Source of the DNA: the human T2T-CHM13v2.0 reference genome, Homo sapiens
Direction: 5' to 3' (one strand)
Assembly (NCBI RefSeq): GCF_009914755.1
Contig: NC_060931.1
DNA length: 64,000 nucleotides
Both the position numbers and the translations under genes were made by a program. The first letter of the stretch is position 1. Every line of letters starts with the position of its first letter. Under the pieces are notes generated by a model, which saw nothing but the letters and a program-made list of their open reading frames with translations, searched no databases and was not told where the DNA came from. Of this stretch, positions 1 to 13,553 are shown piece by piece.

Positions 1-76
1 GTTGCAGTGAGCCGAGATCGCACCACTGCACTCCAGCTTGGGTCACAGAGCAAGACTCTGTCTCAAAAATAAAAAC
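1..76 (+). mobile_element. Alu right-arm 3' end, cut by the window edge
   Basis: gttgcagtgagccgagatcgcaccactgcactccagc...agactctgtctc followed by an A-rich tail. Confidence 0.95.
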
Positions 77-814
77 AACCCCTCCCATCAAAACATTGTT
101 TTTCGAAAACAGTAGAGACGGAGTTATACTTCCAAATAGCTTGCACTCATTTTAAGCACTGGAAGTACTGTCCTGGGAATCTTGTCAGGACTGAAAATTC
201 ACCAGAAGAGAGAAAACAGATTTGATGTGTCCTCTTTCCAACCCAAGCTGCTTCCCATGCTGTGAGCATTATCAGAGAAGGAGACAGAGGAGGTAAGGAG
301 GCCATATTAATGGCTTGGCTTTGCTTTGGGGCATCTATTGAAACTTGCTGCTATGGCCAGTTTTTGTTGCTCCTGTTGATTCTTTGCTTTTGTGTTTTGT
401 TATTCTGGATTTGGGGGCTTTATTTTCTAATAAAGTAGTGTATCTGTATGTTTTCATGAATGGCCCTACTAGAGTCACTGTCTCTTGAGTTATCGTGGTG
501 TGGGACGCTTTCCCTCGCTGCAGATAGACTCATGCACACCTAGCATTACACAGGGCTCTGTCCTCAGAACAGCCAAGTGCCTGGAAGGCAATAGCTTTCT
601 TGATTCTCTTTTGCAAGTGCTATCTTTGTGTTCCTTCATTTTTTTTTTTTTTGATAACTCTCCTAAGCCATTATAATAACTGGGACCCAGCGATTGTGTA
701 AGGAAGACTGCCTTTATTTGCAGAAAACAGAGAATCCCAACAAGTGATATGACTGTCTCATTCACTGGTGTGAGATCTGTAATGACTATGAAGTAGCTAA
801 CAGCTAGAACTCAC

Positions 815-856
815 CATTATACGGCAAAGACCAGGCATACCATCTCTGGCAATGTT
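815..856 (-). other. Candidate 42-nt internal exon of an unidentified minus-strand transcript
   Basis: Minus strand reads tattattattttttacAG|AACATT...ATAATG|GTGAGT; flanked by 94-nt and 97-nt putative introns in repeat-free DNA. Confidence 0.4.
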
Positions 857-2119
857 CTGTAAAAAATAATAATACATGTATCAGATCCTCATTTGCATAA
901 TAGTAACAAAATTCAGTTCCTTAAAAATCTAGAGTGTGTTTTCTACATACTTGCTTCCTTCATTTTCACAATGAATTATTTTGCACTGCTCATTTCACAG
1001 TTCCACGAAGTTCCTGCCAGTAGCTCATTTAAAGGACAAACTTGCTTTATATATCTCAAGGAATTCAGATGATGAAATCATTTGAACTAACCAAGAAGTG
1101 AAATGCTAATGTTCTAGAGGTGTACTTTCACCTCTTTGTTAAATACTGTACTATATTATGAAAATATAGTCAAGGAATTATTAAGTAACAGTATAGGTGA
1201 CATGCTAAAATAAACTATCTGTAATAGGTATGACCTACATTTTTTAGTTTTGTGGAATACTGAGAATTAACAACATGAAAAAACTGCTTAATATAAGCAC
1301 ATTCATGCAAATCTGATGTGGCTTGAAAAGAAATTAATCCTTGAGACAAAATATGTGGTTCACTTATTCTACATATCTATACTATCCTCTAGGAAACTTT
1401 CACAGTATTGAGTTGCTGGTGTCATAAATCTGTGACAACACATAGCAAATCTTACATAACACACAGTTGCAAGTATTTCCTATTGCTGTAAATTTGGTTG
1501 ATAATACTTTGCTTCATTTAGAGGTTAGAAGAATTGTTCATTTTTCAATTAAGTTTCATGGTTACATGGTTTAAACTGAAGTGACATAAAACAATTATTT
1601 TCATTTAATATATACTTTATCATAATTATAAATCAAATAGTCTTTGGAAAATGCTATATTTTTGTTTAATTAGCAATTAAATGGGAGATTCATAGATTTC
1701 CCTGAGAAAGTTGTTCTAATATTCAGGATAGAAGATCACTTTTCATACATCTGCCTGCCGCACAAGCACATGCCTTCCGCCTGACTGACCTTTGCCTTCT
1801 ACGTTACTTACCCTTCCAGCCTGGTTTCTAGGCCTTTCTACAAGAGCGAAATGTGCCTCTTCTTCCCTTAACCCCAGCAGCCCATCTCTCATCCACTTGA
1901 TGTCCTCTGAAACTGGAACCAAATGCTCCACTTTGCAAATCCCCACAATTGCCAACCTCACCTGACAAGGCACCCTCAGAGAGACTGATCCAAGAATCTG
2001 AAGTCAAGCATTTATTTGAAATCACTGAGTCAAATACAAGTAAATCCCCTTGCCCCAATAAAGAGGAGCAGTTATATGACAGAGGTACAGAACACCAAAG
2101 ACCATACATTTATTTATCA

Positions 2120-2521
<402 letters not shown>

Positions 2522-4142
2522 TCAGAAGTGGGCTAATCTGTCCAGCTACTGTTCCGGCTCTTCCATATTGGATGTCTGTGGCTTAAGACACCTCTGAAAT
2601 GCCTAATCAGTGCAAAACAAAAACAAAAGAAAACAAAGACAACTGCCACTAACAGAAACCAATGCACAGGAGCAGGCTATCCCTGTGTATCATTTTTCAT
2701 GATCTGTAATGTTGGGATGTCCTCATGTCTGAAATTCTGCAGTTACGGATTAAATCTTGTTTCCTGGTAAAAAGTTGCCATGCTGAAAAAGAAAAGGGAT
2801 ACATCGGATCATTTCCTTTTTCCCGGGCCTTGCCCTTGAGCTGAAGAATGCTATTTATTATTTTATACTCCTCCTGACATTGTCTTATTGTCTTGCTGCA
2901 CACAATCTGTCCTCAAACTGAATCTCCAAATTTCCTGATTCTTTTGAGTAACTCTGGTACGAAGACTTGAAAGACAGCTCAGCTAAGAGAAAAATTCTCT
3001 AACCAAAAAGAAGAAGAAGGAGGAGGGGGAGTAAAGAAAGCAAAAGGAAAGACACTCAAGGCAATTAAAACTTTAATTTTTCATGACTCACGTTTCTATA
3101 AATGTAAACGACTAATAGACACCATGAAATATTAATCAAGTCAGTAATCCAGGATTATATATGATGCCAAATTGCTCCCTGTTGCCAGTGAAAAAGCTAT
3201 CAGGCAGCAATTTCTGCAAAGAAACACAAGCTTCCAAATGCCCCGACAGAGGAGTGAGATCTCACTTGGTGCTTCATTTTTCATAAGGAACAGTCTTGGA
3301 TTGGAAGGCTGTGCTGTTCTCAATCGCAGGACAAAAAGGAGAACGACACGGGAAGATGCGGAACAGACCTACACGGAAATCTAGCAGGGACTGTCATCTG
3401 ATATTGCAGATGCTTTACCAGAGGGCCTGCTACTCACCAGGATTAAACTCTGGGAGCGTATGTGTTTACGCATCAGGGGATCATATTAGAGGGAAGGCCT
3501 TGCTGGGGACTAAACTTGTTTCATTAGTTTCTTTTCTTCAGCAAAATAGGTTACAGGCTATGTCACAGTAGAGCAAATGCTATGAGTAGTGGCCTCTGGA
3601 AAGGGTGTTTTGGGGGTTCCTGGAAGTCACGGCATATGGCCTCCCTTCGCAGGTGCAGCTGTGCAGGAAGAAGAGAGAGCTCACCTGGAAGATGGGAGCC
3701 AGTGACTCCGGTTCCCCGATCAGAGCTCCCAGGACCAGCTTGAGCCCTGAGAAGAGGCTGATCCCTGGAAGCTGACATTTTGGGAGCAGAGACTGGGGCC
3801 TCATGGTTGGCTTAGTGCTAAGGGTGCATGATTGTCTTCCCTAGAACTGCACCCAGGACAGTCTTCCCAGCCAGCAAAGGGTCATCTCATCAGGGGATGA
3901 ACAACACTGTCATCCGGGAGCCATCCTTCAGCAGTTACATCATGTGCCAGGGGATGAGCACAGAACTGAACTGATCGACTCTAGTTCTCTCTCCTAGTGG
4001 CATGTGAAGGCTGAGCCAACCTACTACAGGTGGCCTAAGGGTCCCTGGACTTCCTAGACAATGAAGGATGGAGTGGGATGAGAGCCTCAACAGGGAAATA
4101 CTGATTTTCTGATAATGGGGAATGTGGAATGAACAATTATTT

Positions 4143-4612
4143 TGTGGCAGAAACTGTTATCTGTGGACCCAGCAGCCTTTCTCTGCTAGAGCCCACCTCT
4201 CATGACAGAGACTTAAAATGCCAAGAACTTGCTCTCCCAGGCTGTCTTCATATGTAGTCCGGTTTTGGCCAATGAGACCCTGAGATAGTTTACTAGGAGC
4301 TTGAGGGAACATTTTTTTGTCTCTTGATAAAAATAGAGGGCTAAACAAAGAGAACTTGCGTCTTTCTTCCTGTCTTGAACATGGTTTGAGTGAATACATG
4401 ACATTTGGAGCTGTGGCAGCAATATTGTGACCATGAGGAAAAGGCTGGGAGAATCACACGTAAGTCAACCCAGAGCCCTGATACTGCACAACCACCAACC
4501 AACACTGGAATCACCTACTTCAGGACTTCTCATTAGGTGAGAAAAATATCCACTCCCTTTAGAAGTTTCTTTTAGTTAGATATTACTATTAATTGCAGTT
4601 GAAAACATTTCC
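4143..4612 (+). mobile_element. Old MLT1-family (ERVL-MaLR) solo LTR
   Basis: ttttggccaatgag, ggagctgtggcagcaatattgtgaccatgag and the ttgcagttgaaaacatt end resemble old MLT1 LTRs. Confidence 0.65.
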
Positions 4613-5050
4613 ATTGGTTAGTAATGTCTTCAATTGCAAATGACAGAAAAACCCAGCTAACCCTGGCTTAAAACATAGGAACATATACTTCTTACTTAAT
4701 AGGAAGTCTAAGGGTAGATAGTCCCAAAGTTGGCTCAGTAGTTCAACCATGTCATCAAGAACCCAGGCTGTTCCCATATTTCAATAGGCTTTGAACTTTG
4801 GTTGTTGCCTCATGGTTGCAAAATAACTGCTGCAGTTCCAAGCATTCCATATTGGCATAGGATGGGAAGGGAAGAGGAGAGCAGAGTGGGAGTTTTGCCC
4901 CAGCTATTTCTCCATTATCTAGGAAGAAAATTTTTCCCAAGGTCCCCTAGGAGAGTTCTCCTCTTACATCCCATTTGCCGGAATTGGGTCACATGCTCAT
5001 CCATCAGCCAATCACTAGCAAAGAAGACGAAGACATCCATTATTGACTTA
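4613..5050 (-). mobile_element. Old MLT1-family solo LTR, inverted relative to its neighbour
   Basis: ttgcaaatgacagaaaaaccc...ggcttaaaac...cctcatggttgcaaaataactgctgcagttccaagcat...ttgggtcacatgc. Confidence 0.7.
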
Positions 5051-5359
5051 AATAACAGGCACTGCTGAGCATTGGGTCTTGTCCTCTTTTCCTCTCCTTC
5101 CTCAGAATGTCCACTGCCCTTGCTTGCAGCTCTCTAAGTGGTCTTCTGGTGATGCTAGAGTCTTTGGGTTTCTGTTAAAGAACAGAGATTTTCCTCCCTT
5201 TGACCTTCCCTCTGTCAGTTGAACCCAAAACAGATTGTGTGTTCCCCAAGGCTACTGTTTGCTGATGTTTTTAGGGGAAAAGATACCCCCAAAACAATAA
5301 TAAAAATGATCTTCAGGCGCTGCTTCCACTGCTTGTCTCCCTAGAGCCAGACCCTAGAA

Positions 5360-5592
5360 CAGTGGTTCTTAACAAGGGGCGAGTTTGCACACAGCCTCCA
5401 GGGACATTTGGTAATATCTGTAGACATTTTTTTTTCATGACTGGGGGCTGGGGATGGTAGTACTGTTGGCATTTAGTGGGGGGATGCCAGGGATGCTGCT
5501 AAACATCCTACAATGTACAAAACAGCCTCCCACAAGAAAGGATTATCCAGACCAAAATGTCAGTAGCGCCAAGGTTGAGAAAACCAACCCTG
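5360..5592 (+). mobile_element. MER20 (hAT-Charlie DNA transposon)
   Basis: cagtggttcttaac...gggacatttgg...gccagggatgctgctaaacatcctacaatg...gttgagaaa matches the MER20 consensus end to end. Confidence 0.92.
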
Positions 5593-6009
5593 AAAGACAG
5601 GACTGAGCCTGAGAATCAACTTTCTTCCTTCTCTTAGTGCCTTCTTGCTTCTCCCTCAGGCCCTTATACATAAGAATCTCCATATTCTATGCTTCACTCC
5701 AAGGGTACTAACTTGCCCCTGGGCAGTAGCAGTGACCGAGTAAGCACCATGAAGGAGGCACCGAGTACTTGTGTCACGCTAACAAAATCAACCTAATCTC
5801 TTCTGAGTCCTTTGGGAAAATTGCAACAATCCCTGGATGACTTTTGTACAAAATTACAAAGTGTTGCAGCATAGGCAAGAATGTGTCCCGTAGCCAGTTC
5901 ATCAGAGGGAGGGTCTGTAGGAGGATTGTGGCAGATCCATTCCCTTGCTGTTGATGAACTTTGGAAATGAGTGAAAGGGAAATTTAGCACATCCTTAAAA
6001 ATTAAGCCT

Positions 6010-6330
<321 letters not shown>

Positions 6331-6589
6331 TTAACTCCACCAGGCTTAAGTGAGAAGTTAATATTACCTTCTCTTTAGAGCTGTCACTTCTTATTTTCCT
6401 TTCCTACATTCTCCTATTGTTATCCCATTTCCACTCAAAAATAGACACGGAGACCAAGTAAAGGAAGACAGAGAAATCAAGCGCACACTGAAGCGGGATT
6501 CCTTGCTTGTTGGTGCTGGAGTTGGCTGTCTCGAGAGATGATCCTTCTACCTTCTCTCCTGCAGTTACCTTCTGCTTGGAGTCTGAAGA

Positions 6590-7050
6590 TGTTAAGATAT
6601 AGGTTTGGCTGCTGTTACAAAGAGATTGCCATCCCAATACTTGTTTTGAATAAACTTGAAGTTTCTCTTACATGCCCAATGGGGTAGGAGTTCTAGGGCT
6701 GGGAGGGTGGCTCAGTGGTATGCAGTCCCCCAGATCCTTTTGCTCCACTTTGCTCAACATGCAGCTTCTACTTAGTTGTCAAGGTTGGCTGTGCCAATTC
6801 CCACCCTCGCACCCACACTCCAGCCAGCAGGAAGGGGCAGAGGAAAATGCAGAAGGATGATTACCTTCAAAGGCAATCATCTGCAAGTTACACTCATGAC
6901 TTCTGCTCCAATGCACCTGGCCAGAATTACCCACACTGCTACATCAACCCACTGCTAGGGGTGGGACCTGGAAAATACAGTCTTTATTTGTGGGGGCCCA
7001 GTGTGCTAACTAAAATTGGAAAGTTCTATTACTAATGTTCTGTTACTAAA
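6590..7050 (-). mobile_element. Old MLT1 (MLT1J-like) LTR
   Basis: gttaagatataggtttggctgctgttacaaagag...tacagtctttatt...taaaattggaaagttctattact. Confidence 0.6.
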
Positions 7051-7069
7051 GTGCTGCCCAAGAGTCATA

Positions 7070-7172
7070 CTCTGTGTTGGCATTTACAGGGGGTACTCTA
7101 TTTAATCCTCATGATGAAGACAGGTACTCTTCAAATCTCTATTTTACAAATGAGAAAGATAAGGCACAGAAA
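7070..7172 (-). mobile_element. MIR fragment
   Basis: tttaatcctcat...attttacaaatgagaaagataaggcacaga MIR core. Confidence 0.7.
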
Positions 7173-7174
7173 CC

Positions 7175-7648
7175 CCCTCCTCCCCAAGTAGACCTTCAGT
7201 CAAGGATTCTTGTGCAAATGTTTTGTTAAGGGAGTCATGAGGTGGTGGTGCAGGGGGCACTGAGAGGGGGAAGCAAGACAGAGACAGGGGAGGAAGCCAA
7301 GCAAGGGCACGATTTCAGGCAAAGCCCCAGCTCCAACCTGACCCCACAGGAAGCTCCAGAGCAGGCGCTGCCTCTCAGTATTTGTCCTTGAGGCAAGGGA
7401 GCCCAGTGTTCACACTCCCACACCAGTTGGGTGTTGGCAGTCACTCTGGAGGGGACTAAATTCCCAGGCCCTGTCAGCCTGTGGCACCTGCTGCCCTATC
7501 AGGTCCAGGAGCCCAGGGGCAGTCCTCTGCAGAGGTTTATAAGGACCAGCCCTCAGGAGCAAAGCTGGGGTAGAGCACACAGAACCTGTAGGAGGGATTG
7601 AGAAGGGGTCGAGGGGATCTTGGGAAGGCACCACAGTGTCCACCACAC
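7175..7648 (-). mobile_element. ERVL solo LTR, LTR16/LTR33-like
   Basis: Minus strand begins tgtggtggacactgtggtgccttcccaagatcccc; far end has the caaggatt...tgcaaatg...gggag signature. Confidence 0.65.
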
Positions 7649-7774
7649 CATGGGCTCAACAGCACCTCATGGTTAAGACCATCCCTGGAGCGAGGCCACT
7701 CAGCAGTCCCGCCTCCCCGATCCACACACATACCAATTTTATCACACTTAAGAAGCTGTCCACTATGAGAAAGT

Positions 7775-7900
7775 CCTTCACTCAGTCACTCAACAAACTT
7801 TTATTGAGTACCTTTAATATGCCAGGCTCTGGTTAGTGACCAGGCATATGAAGACCAATAAGAAACACAGTGGTCCATTCCCTTACGGAGTTTACAGCTA
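7775..7900 (-). mobile_element. L2 3' end
   Basis: cactcaacaaacttttattgagtacc...tgccaggctctg...ggagtttacag. Confidence 0.7.
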
Positions 7901-8235
7901 AAAGTCAACAAAGACAGGAAAATGAATAGACCTTAGATTCAGAATAATCAATGCAATAGTCTTGCTGTATTCAAGAGATTTCAGAGGTGAGAGACACAGG
8001 GAAGCAGAAAACATTTGACAGAGGAGGAGACAATTGATTCTGGGTTTTAGAGGTTGAACAAGCACCCTTCCAGGCAGCATGTTCAAAGCTGTGAAGCACA
8101 GAAGAGCTGGGGATATACTGTGGGCCTAGGAGAAGTTGCCAAATGAATGAGAGAGTGAAGGAATTAGTGAATGAATGGGTCCATTGCTTGATCATTCTCA
8201 GGGGGAGAGAAGATCATTTAGAAATTCTTATTATT

Positions 8236-8549
<314 letters not shown>

Positions 8550-8908
8550 AGAAATTCTTATTATAAGTAGGGTTTTCTCCCAGTGTACACAACCCTCTCC
8601 CTCTCATTCTTTTTCTCCCCAGGAGATTCTAACACACCCTCCAGGGCAGCAGATGCTTCCAAATGAGAATGCCTATTACCCTCAGGAGTGGAGGACAGAA
8701 CAAAAGGTGGAAACTCAGCCCTGTTGCTCAGTAAGAATGTTCTTTTTTCTTCCATCATCAGCCAAATCTGACCAGCCTGTGACTTGGCTGCAGTGTTAAG
8801 TTTCAGGAAGCCTTGCTTCTCCCATTTGAAACCAAGGGGATAAGAATAGTTTGCCCTGGTTCAAAAATTACATTGAGATAGGCAGCACAGATCCCTCAGG
8901 ATAAAATG

Positions 8909-9141
8909 CAGATCAAGTATCCCCTATCTGAAATACTTGGGACCAGAAGTGTTTTGGATTTCTTTACTTTTTAAATTTTGGAAGTTTTGCCTGATACTGC
9001 TTGAGCATCCTAAATCCAAAAATCCAAAATCCAAAGTGTTTCAATGAGCATTTTCTTTGAACATCATGTTGATCCTCAAAAAGTTTCAGATTTTGGAACA
9101 TTCTAGATTTTGGATTTTTGAATTTGGGTTGCTCAACCTGT
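8909..9141 (+). mobile_element. MER46A/Tigger4a (TcMar-Tigger MITE)
   Basis: agtatcccctatctgaaatacttgggaccagaagtgtttt...aatgagcatttt...gctcaacctg; terminal inverted repeats present. Confidence 0.88.
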
Positions 9142-9883
9142 AAAAAAATATATATAAATATAATCTCCCTTCTCCCAGACCAACTGGCCAGCCCCTCCCT
9201 ATCTGTCGTCAAGGTCAGATTCACAAATCCCACAGGAAGCGCAGTCATCCTGTCAAGGGCAGGTGGCAGGAGCCCAGGGGGGTGTGTGGTGCGCATGCCC
9301 TGGACCTCCCACCAGGGCGTGCACAATTAAAGACTCCACATGCTTTTTATTGATTAGCTACACAAGGTCGCTGGTTTAATGACAATCATATGAATCAAGG
9401 AAAAGACCCTACAATTTCAAATAAAATGAGAGGAGCCTGGCTTAATAAAAGAGAGTGTGTTCCACATTGCTTTTGCCCCTACCAGCATCAGCCCCTAGGC
9501 CCTCTCTGTGCCAGGAGAGTGGTCTCTGTGAAGTACCACCCTGCCCATCCCCAGGGTCTTTTAATGTCACACTCCCTGCCTGATGTCCTACGATAGTACT
9601 TCCTCCAGAGGCCCCTGGGGACTCAAATATGACATTTAAAAACCAACACCTCCTTTAATAGCTAATGACAGCAGTAAGGTGGGAGCACTACGGTGGCCTT
9701 CACTGTGCTGTGTCTCTGTCCCCAGATGTGCTGTGGTGAGCACCCAGCTGCCACGCTTGCTGAGGCTGGCGGAGCACTTTGGGTCCTTGGTGACTCTCTG
9801 AGAGGCACTGGACAAATTGACAGCATGACTGCATCACTCTCAGAAAAATCTCTTAACTCCAGGTACCAAATATCTGTTGCTAA

Positions 9884-10405
<522 letters not shown>

Positions 10406-10669
10406 AAAACTTGGATTTGCACCCAGGCCTCTCTGACTTGAAAAATTTACTTTACTACCTTAATGGTACCCTAAATTAAATTAAATCTTTTCTCAAGGTT
10501 GAAACCTGTCCACGTCCTTGCCCCTCTAGAAGTAAGAGCTGGGGTTGCTGTTGGCCCTCTACACATCTGACCATGTCTGGGTGGAGGGCACGTGTGGCTC
10601 TGCCCCAGTGCTGCCAGCAGATCGACCTCCAGGAGAACTTAAAGGAGGGCCCCAATCTCTAGCAAGAAA

Positions 10670-11615
10670 TTCTTGGCCCAGATGTGTTTTAGGATTCAGA
10701 ATTTTCCAGATTTAAGACTTATAGAATTATAGTGCATATACCATGTCATGCAGAATACCCAGTAGAGTCGGGGGCAGCACCTTGAAATGAATTACATTCA
10801 TATCTCCACAGTGAAATTGTTACCAGGAGCAAATCTGCTCGGGTCTGCGGCAATCTCTTTCTTCTGCCTCCTCAGAAGAAAGAGTTTGACTGATGGGGAT
10901 GAGGCAGAAGAGACCGAGGCAAGTTTTAGAGCAGGAGTGAAAGTTTATTAAAAAGCTCCAGAGCAGGAATGAAAAGAAAGTAGACTTGGAAGAGGGCCAA
11001 ATGGGCATCTTTGAGGACAAGTGTGGGGTCTGAACTTTTGACTTGGAATTTTATATGGTGGCATGTAAAATTACTTCTTTTATATGGTGGCATATAAAAT
11101 TACCCTGCTTACTTCTAGGGTCTGGCGTCCCTTCTCCCCGATTCTTCCCTTGGGTGGGCTGTGTGCACAATGGCCTGCTAGCTTTTGGGAGGGGAGCATG
11201 AGCAGTGTGCTTACTGGAGTTGTAGGCATGCTCACCTGAGGCGGTCTTCCTATTACTGGTGGAATGTCCCTGGAAGGTCATATACCAGTTCAATGCCGCC
11301 ATTTTGTCTTTAAATATGCATGCTTGAGACCACTCACCCACCTCCTGAGATCTTATCAGGAAGCTGCTGATCACCAGCTTCAGGTGTTTCTCTCTCTATA
11401 GGGAGACTGCCTTTCTCTGGTGCTGGCTGCAACCTATTATTATTTTAGAGAGGCAGAAAATTGCCTGAGTATCACCTGATGGGTGCCTGACTTTCCTGGT
11501 GGGGTGCAGGGCCCTCTCCTGCCCTCTTTGTGTCTGACTAGCTACCCACTGTAACAAAATGTTCACACCAAGTGGGATAAAGATTATAAAGAATTTCACG
11601 TCAATTCAGTTCAGC
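10670..11615 (+). mobile_element. MER46C-like Tigger remnant split by the MER50 LTR
   Basis: cccagatgtgttttaggattcagaatttt before the LTR and aaatgttcacaccaagtgggataaa after it. Confidence 0.55.
10818..11556 (-). mobile_element. MER50 ERV1 solo LTR
   Basis: TG...CA termini; minus strand begins tgttacagtgggtagctagtcagaca...gggcaggagagggccc; 4-bp TSD aaat; internal tandem duplication at ~11050-11105. Confidence 0.88.
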
Positions 11616-11659
11616 TGTTGCTACAAAATTAGCTATGCCGAGCTTTGGACCTTTGAAGC

Positions 11660-12290
11660 TTTTTTCCCCCCCCAACTTTATTTAGAAGAACAAATCTAGG
11701 TCCCAGTGCCCCCCATGTCCTCCCCAACCCCCCACCATAATTTAAGTAATTTAGAGTTGAAGGGAGGAGAAAGAAAGGGGAGGGATGAGGAAGAAGAGCC
11801 CACTGCAGCCCTGGCGATGGGATTCTCGGCCACCCCAGGGCCCCCGGGGACCAGAGGTTCGGTGGAGGAGGCTGCAGCTCCTGGGCCCACCATGCCCCCC
11901 AGATCTCCACACATGGTTCTCCAAGAGCAGGTAGCCTGACCCCTGGTTAAGTGCAGACTCCAGGTGGCTCAGCCGGCACCTGATGGTCAGCAGCACACAT
12001 CAGACACGCAGCTCAACCGTCCAGTTCCTCCGGATCTTACTGCTGGCACCCATATTGAGGTGGAAGGAAGCCTTTGGGTGGAGCGATGTGGAAGTCCTTC
12101 CTCATCAGGAGTTTCACATGGTACAGGCCCCAGGGTCCTCAAAGGTGACCTGCAGGTCTGCGAGCACCTCCTTGTTGGGAAAGATCTTTAAGTCATCCAG
12201 CAGGTTTTGCAGTCAATGTCGTTACCTCCTTGTGCACCAGGCCATCATGGGGAGAGCAGGTTCTTCACATTCAAGTCCATGACTGTGGCT
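11660..12290 (-). pseudogene. UBE2S: Processed pseudogene of ubiquitin-conjugating enzyme E2 S
   Basis: From the ATG at 12280: MDLNVKNL, LVHKEVTTLTA, KIFPNKEVLADLQVT, KLLMRKDF..PPKG, VLLTIRC..ESALNQ..LLLEN, ASSTEP..PGGPG align with UBE2S (MNSNVENL, LVYKEVTTLTA, KVFPNEEDLTDLQVT...). Intronless, with stops and frameshifts; UBE2S-like 3'UTR with AATAAA at 11677-11682. Confidence 0.93.
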
Positions 12291-12904
12291 GGACAAGGGT
12301 GAGTCTCTGCCACCCACCCCCGTCCCCGCATCCCTGCCCTCCCTCCTCTAAACCACACACCCCAGAAACAGGTTCTGGGATTTGGGAATCCCTCTAAGGA
12401 ATCATGGACACATAGGTTGTATTGAATCATCCTTCTGCTTGTGTCAATCCTCTCCAGGTAAATCAATCCTGGATCAGGCAGCAGGTGCAGGCTGTGGAAG
12501 GCTTCTCACTCTGGAATGCTCACAGCTGGGCCAGAGGAGGAAGCCCCACTCTCTGGGCATTTCCAGGACGTAGGACAGAGAATTAGAGGTGCTGAGCTCC
12601 CTGGCTGGCTGCCTCACAGAGCTGTGTGCCCCTAGGGAAAGTGTTGCACCCACCTCCCTGGTCTACTAACTGTGGAGGCAGAGAAGGAAACCCCTGATGC
12701 TCCCAGTGGTTCTGTGCAGCTGAAGGCCGCTGTGAGGCTATGGGGACTTCCAGACCAGGGCAGAGCCCCCACATTCTCTGCACTCTTGGGCAGGGATTTT
12801 AACCACCAGCCCCTGCTTCCTCCCCTGTCACTGTCTGGGAATGTGGGTTCTGGAGTCCTACTGCCTGGGTCAGAGTCCACCCCACCAGGCAGCTCTGCTT
12901 GGAC

Positions 12905-13035
12905 TTAGTTATCTAAGCCTCGGTTTCTTTACCTGGATAATGAGCGTGATAATAATGACACCCACCTCTTAAAGTGAGAGACTTGACAAAGCTAGCGTGG
13001 GTCCAGCTCAGTGCCTGGGCGTACAGAAGGCACAC
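12905..13035 (+). mobile_element. MIR fragment
   Basis: taagcctcggtttctttacctggataatgagcgtgataataat...cagtgcctgg. Confidence 0.7.
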
Positions 13036-13079
13036 AACACAAGAGAAGGCTCTGAGTCCTACTGTGGAGATTAGGCCTG

Positions 13080-13553
13080 TGGCAGTGTCCTGTGGTTGCC
13101 GAAAGAAATTACCACAACCTTGGTGGCTTAAAATGACAGAAATTGGTACTCTCACAGTTCTGGAGGCTAGAAGTCTGAAATCAAGGCATCAGCCAGGTTG
13201 GCTCCTTCTGCAGGCTCTGAGGCAGAATCTATCCCAGCCTCTCTTTGGCTCCTGTTGGATCCTGGTGGTCCTTGGGTCCTCAGCTTTGAGATGCATCACT
13301 CCAGTCTCTACCTCTGTCTTTGCAAGGCCTTCTTCTTATGTCTTTGTGTATCATTTCTCTCTCTCCTTTCTTTTATTAGGATACCAGTCATTGGATTTAG
13401 GGTGGACCCTAAATCCAGAATGATCTCATCTCAAGACCTTTAGCTTAATTCAATATGCAAAGACCTTATTTCCACATCAGGTCATAGTCACAGGTACAAG
13501 GGGTTAGGACTTGAACATATCTTTTTGGGGGGGCACCATTCAGCCCCACTACA
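13080..13553 (-). mobile_element. MLT1C-type MaLR solo LTR
   Basis: aattaccacaaccttggtggcttaaaa...ctcacagttctggaggctagaagtc...gcaaagaccttatttcc...cattcagccccactaca. Confidence 0.88.

Noticed and set aside
1907-1964. CAG|GTGAGG donor at 1961 splicing to the acceptor at 1907
   Set aside because: The implied 55-nt intron is shorter than typical human minimum introns.
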